NCBI GenBank assembly: GCA_963848135.1 | Contig: CAWKCK010000009.1 | Location: 115,736-135,735, forward strand | Length of the DNA stretch: 20,000 nucleotides | Source of the DNA: an uncultured delta proteobacterium | GTDB taxonomy: Bacteria; Desulfobacterota; Desulfobacteria; Desulfobacterales; SG8-13 | Direction of reading: 5' to 3' | In this document: positions 16,393 through 20,000 of the stretch, piece by piece | How positions within the stretch are numbered: position 1 is the first letter of the stretch | Layout of the letters: every line of letters begins with the position of its first letter | Position numbers and translations under genes: made by a program | The notes under the pieces: generated by a model | Seen by the model: the letters and a program-made list of their open reading frames with translations, nothing else | Database searches by the model: none | Told to the model about the DNA's origin: nothing

Positions 16393-16974
16393 ATGCAGAC
16401 CCGTTACAAGGCGTTTAAACTGTCTTTCGCAATTGCCCTGCTTTTGTTGGCCGCCTCCGTGTTCGCTGCGGAACGGTATCAGGTGGATACGGCGCACACC
16501 TATATTTTGTTTAAGGTTAAGCATTTTAATATCGGATATTCTTATGGCCGTTTTGACGGCCCCACCGGCAGCATTGTGTGGGACGATGACAATCCGGATG
16601 TCAGCTCAATCGAGATGACGGTCAATGCGGTCGAAGTCAACACGGCTGACGACAAGCGCGATCAGCACATTCGAAGCGCTGACTTTTTGAATGTCGAGAA
16701 ATATGCCGCCATTGTTTTCAAGAGCACATCTGTCAAAAAATTAAGCGCTGATACATATGAGGTGGCCGGGGAATTAACCCTCCTGGGAAAAACGCGACCG
16801 ATTGCACTGGAAGTCCGCCAAACAGGCGTCGGTAAAGATCCCTGGGGGAGTTATCGACGCGGATTCGAAACCAAGTTTATCATCAAACGCAGTGACTGGG
16901 GAATGGATTTCATGTTGAACGGTGTCAGCGACGAGGTCGAACTGACAGTGAGTATAGAAGGTATTCGTCAATAG
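16393..16974 (+). CDS. yceI: YceI-family periplasmic lipid/polyisoprenoid-binding protein
   Basis: GGAGG RBS, Sec signal ending VFA-AE, and motifs 'VDTAHT', 'RDQHIRSADF', 'GELTLLG', 'DPWG', 'IKRSDWG'. Confidence 0.92.
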   Translation: MQTRYKAFKLSFAIALLLLAASVFAAERYQVDTAHTYILFKVKHFNIGYSYGRFDGPTGSIVWDDDNPDVSSIEMTVNAVEVNTADDKRDQHIRSADFLNVEKYAAIVFKSTSVKKLSADTYEVAGELTLLGKTRPIALEVRQTGVGKDPWGSYRRGFETKFIIKRSDWGMDFMLNGVSDEVELTVSIEGIRQ

Positions 16975-17151
16975 GACGAAAATGATCGTTTAAAATATCA
17001 ATTGGCGGGTCACAAGCCCTTGTTGTATTGATAATAAGCGAGGCCTGGCACCCAGCGAGCAGATTAAGATCCGTCGTATCAATGGGTTTGAGCATCCACG
17101 ATCCGCAGCGTGAAATAATTTGAGATAATTAACGATGCGTCTACCTCACAG

Positions 17152-19275
17152 GTGTTGCCGACATTGAGATTTTTTAAGGTAGGTAAGTTTAACATCCGCT
17201 TGGTATTGCTAGTAGTGGCCTTCTGCACGGTCCACTTATACGCGTGGTTTAACGCGGAACTATTTAACCGCCTGGATGCAACGATTGTCGACTGGATGAC
17301 CGCGCAGGGTATCCAATCTGATGAGGACCTTTTACCGGATGAGAGCCATCTCGTATTCGTCGATGCGAATTTTTACTACCAACGCACCGAGCACTCCCGA
17401 ATCATCGGTAATCTTGCCGATCTGGGTGTATCCGCTCAGCTTATCGATTTTATTTTCCAAGACAAAGTCGACGATGCGGCCGACCGGCCCCTGATTCAGG
17501 CCGTTGCTTCCGCCGGCAATGTCTATTTGGGGATGGCATTTGAATCCATCAACGGCTCCAATTTTGAACCAAAGGATTCTCTCAATAGCCCTGCAGCGGG
17601 TTACCTGGAAGGGACCCAATGGCAAGTGCCCCCCAGCCAAGGATTGGATACCTTTTATCTCGGTAGCGGGATTCGAATTCCTTTTTACGCGCTTTTGTCT
17701 GTCTCCAGAGGGCCCGGATTCTTAAATTTGAGAGTCGATCCGGACGGCGTGTTGCGGCGAACCCCGTTGCTGGTACGATACGGCGAGGCTGTCTATCCGA
17801 GTTTTGCGTTTCGCGCTGTTTGCGACTATCTCGGGGTTTCCCCCGCAGATGTTGTCATCAGTCCAGGTAATAACATTACCCTGAAAAATGCCAAGCCACC
17901 TGCAGCCGCAGGTTCCGGGCATGATATCGTGATACCCATCGATACGCACGGCAATGTGCTAATTAAGTACACCGGGACATGGAAACGGATAAAACATTAC
18001 AGCTACTCTGAAATCCATCATGCCGCCGAGAATGCGAATGTATCTCCGAATTTGAAAAACGAGCTGGCCAACAAAATGGCTATCTTGACCGAAAACATAG
18101 CGGCTGAAATCAAGGTGCCCCCGGTCAATGGAGAAGGCCGACTGTCCTCGGGTACTGTCCATGCTCTCATCATTCAGAACATCCTGTCGGAAAATTTTCT
18201 CAGAGAGCTCTCAGAGAACGAGATGATACTCATAGAGCTGGTTCTGCTGGCGGCTGTTTTAATGCTGTCACTTTATCTGCCATCTATTGGTTTCGTCTGC
18301 GGTACCATGCTTGTCACTGCCGTCTACTTCGGTGCCGGAGGATTTTTGTTTTTGAAATCAGATGTCATCGTACGGTTTGCGCGTCCTGTTTCAATAGTTA
18401 GCACAGCCGCAATGATGGTCATCATCGTTATGGTTGCCGAACGGGCCATTTTGTTTGCCCGAACCGCGAAAGCCAAACAACTTGCCGAGCGAGAACTGGA
18501 AATCGGCCGGCAGATCCAATCCGGTTTTTTCCCCTCGACCCTACCCGATACAAACGGCTGGGAGATAGCGGCTAGTTTCGAGGCGGCTCGTCATGTTGCC
18601 GGTGATTTTTATGATGCGTTTCCTATTGGTAACGAAAAACACATCGGATTTGTGATTGCGGACGTTTGCGACAAGGGTGTGGGGGCGGCGCTCTATATGG
18701 CACTGTTTCGTAGCCTGATTCGAATTCTGTCCGGTGCTGGTGACGACCACCGCCACAGCCGACGACCCGAAGTCAAGATCGACCCATCCAGGGTATTGTC
18801 GAAAACGATACGTAGGTTAAACGATTACATCTCGGTGACGCATGAAAAAGACGGTATGTTTGCTACCCTTTTTATTGGAATACTCGATCCGGATACGAAT
18901 CAGCTCTATTTTATTAATGGAGGGCATGAACCGCCGGTTCTGATCGGTCGGAATGGAATAAAGGAACGACTCGATCCTACCGGGCCCGCAGTGGGCGCAT
19001 TCCCGCATCTTGATTTTTCGGTAGGAAATATCTTGTTCGAACCGGGAGATATCCTCTTCGGCTACACGGACGGTGTCACCGACGCCCGCAATCAAGCCGG
19101 TGAAATGTTTACCAGGGATAGACTCATGGCAGTTGTGTCTGCATCACTGCAATCACCCAATCAACTGATCGCAGAAGTAAAAGCCCAAGTAGAGAAATTC
19201 ACCCATGGAAAAGAACAATTTGATGATATCACCTTGATCGCCGTTGGAAGAAACACAGACAACAAGCCGTCTTAA
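17152..19275 (+). CDS. CHASE2 sensor domain / PP2C (SpoIIE, RsbU-like) serine phosphatase
   Basis: N-terminal TM helix, CHASE2 motifs 'GFLNLRVDPDGVLRRTPL' and 'SGTVHALIIQNIL', three TM helices, then 'ERELEIGRQIQ', 'AGDFYD', 'IADVCDKG', 'NGGHEPP', 'YTDGVTDA', 'FDDITL'. Exact start uncertain. Confidence 0.9.
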   Translation: MLPTLRFFKVGKFNIRLVLLVVAFCTVHLYAWFNAELFNRLDATIVDWMTAQGIQSDEDLLPDESHLVFVDANFYYQRTEHSRIIGNLADLGVSAQLIDFIFQDKVDDAADRPLIQAVASAGNVYLGMAFESINGSNFEPKDSLNSPAAGYLEGTQWQVPPSQGLDTFYLGSGIRIPFYALLSVSRGPGFLNLRVDPDGVLRRTPLLVRYGEAVYPSFAFRAVCDYLGVSPADVVISPGNNITLKNAKPPAAAGSGHDIVIPIDTHGNVLIKYTGTWKRIKHYSYSEIHHAAENANVSPNLKNELANKMAILTENIAAEIKVPPVNGEGRLSSGTVHALIIQNILSENFLRELSENEMILIELVLLAAVLMLSLYLPSIGFVCGTMLVTAVYFGAGGFLFLKSDVIVRFARPVSIVSTAAMMVIIVMVAERAILFARTAKAKQLAERELEIGRQIQSGFFPSTLPDTNGWEIAASFEAARHVAGDFYDAFPIGNEKHIGFVIADVCDKGVGAALYMALFRSLIRILSGAGDDHRHSRRPEVKIDPSRVLSKTIRRLNDYISVTHEKDGMFATLFIGILDPDTNQLYFINGGHEPPVLIGRNGIKERLDPTGPAVGAFPHLDFSVGNILFEPGDILFGYTDGVTDARNQAGEMFTRDRLMAVVSASLQSPNQLIAEVKAQVEKFTHGKEQFDDITLIAVGRNTDNKPS

Positions 19276-19344
19276 CATTGCCGTTCAAGTGCAATTATCC
19301 CACTGAAAGCAGGAGCTTATCTCTGGCCCAGACCATTACCCTTT

Positions 19345-19569
19345 TTGGTTGATGCCGCGTCTATAGAAAACCGGGATAGCGAGGTTCATCAAATCAAGGG
19401 TCGCGTCACTGGTAAGGAATGGGTTTATGTTGAGGTAAATCCGAATGGCACGAAATACTTTAACTGTCGTTTCGGCTGTGAACTTGTTTTGGAAAAAACA
19501 GGCTCCTCAGTGCAACTGGAAAAGGATGGCGACGTCGTCATAAGAAAGGGCATTCTGAACGTTAAGTAG
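19345..19569 (+). CDS. Small hypothetical protein or 5'-truncated gene fragment
   Basis: 74-aa TTG ORF with a beta-strand-like pattern and a CxxxC pair (CRFGC). No clear RBS. The frame is open back to the phosphatase stop at 19275. Confidence 0.35.
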   Translation: MVDAASIENRDSEVHQIKGRVTGKEWVYVEVNPNGTKYFNCRFGCELVLEKTGSSVQLEKDGDVVIRKGILNVK

Positions 19570-19630
19570 AATCATCGTAGATGAATGAAATGAATCTGAG
19601 ACATGTATCGGTATCATTGAAAAGCCTGTG

Positions 19631-19884
19631 TTAGCCCCAGAGTTCGCCTCTCCATATGTGGATTTAGCTTGGACCAATTTAATGGACATACACCTTGGTT
19701 TTAGTAAAGTCACCCAAGGAATCATTAGGTCGAACAGCTCAGTTAGCTCAAAAGGCCATTAGCTTGGATGAATCCTCACCCCAAATTTAGTATAGCGAAC
19801 ATTGCAAAAAAATGGCCGTACAAGAGTGATTCAGATAGAGACCTTGAAATGAACGCCTTGCGCAAGGTTGGTCTCCCTGATTAG
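19631..19884 (+). pseudogene. Remnant of a TPR-repeat C-terminus of an adenylate/guanylate-cyclase (TolB-like/TPR) type protein
   Basis: Three frames read LAPEFASPYVDLAWTNLMDIHLGFSK / SPKESLGRTAQLAQKAISLDES / PKFSIANIAKKWPYKSDSDRDLEMNALRKVGLPD*. The ending matches the family's typical 'LRKAGLP(E/D)*' terminus. Frameshifts near 19709 and 19780. Confidence 0.7.
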
Positions 19885-20000
19885 TCTAAGCGTAGGAATG
19901 CAACCATTGGCAACATAGATTATTTTCTTATCGATAACCTGTTATTATTCTGGCTAAATACAAATACATCTAAATAGCTGAGAGCTGCTCTGACCTTTGA

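Noticed and set aside
281..19725. Numerous short antisense or alternate-frame ORFs (e.g. 4561-5070, 7271-7747, 14695-15003, 15257-15724, 15782-15988, 19507-19725)
   Set aside because: They shadow well-supported genes or lie in regulatory DNA, with no recognisable motifs or RBS.

Overview
A bacterial window of moderate GC whose gene content resembles an anaerobic Desulfobacterota-type delta-proteobacterium (inference, not database-checked). Bases ~300-14720 form a flexirubin/aryl-polyene-dialkylresorcinol-like lipid biosynthetic cluster. It contains a GT25 glycosyltransferase, an MMPL exporter fused to a SAM methyltransferase, a membrane-anchored NodB deacetylase, an ABC exporter pair, a B12-dependent radical SAM enzyme directly upstream of a DarB/StlD-type ketosynthase, and a minus-strand operon (conserved hypothetical, BtrH-like protein, ACP, KS, chain-length factor). 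No darA, ketoreductase, dehydratase or starter-unit genes are visible in the window. Two diverged copies of a ~97-bp palindromic element with terminal inverted repeats flank the CLF gene, and one supplies the KS stop codon. The right end holds two tandem TRL-like lipoprotein genes, a YceI protein, a CHASE2-PP2C (SpoIIE) phosphatase and a decayed remnant of a TPR/adenylate-cyclase-type gene that the ORF track misses. All family assignments come from motifs read by eye and need HMM confirmation.
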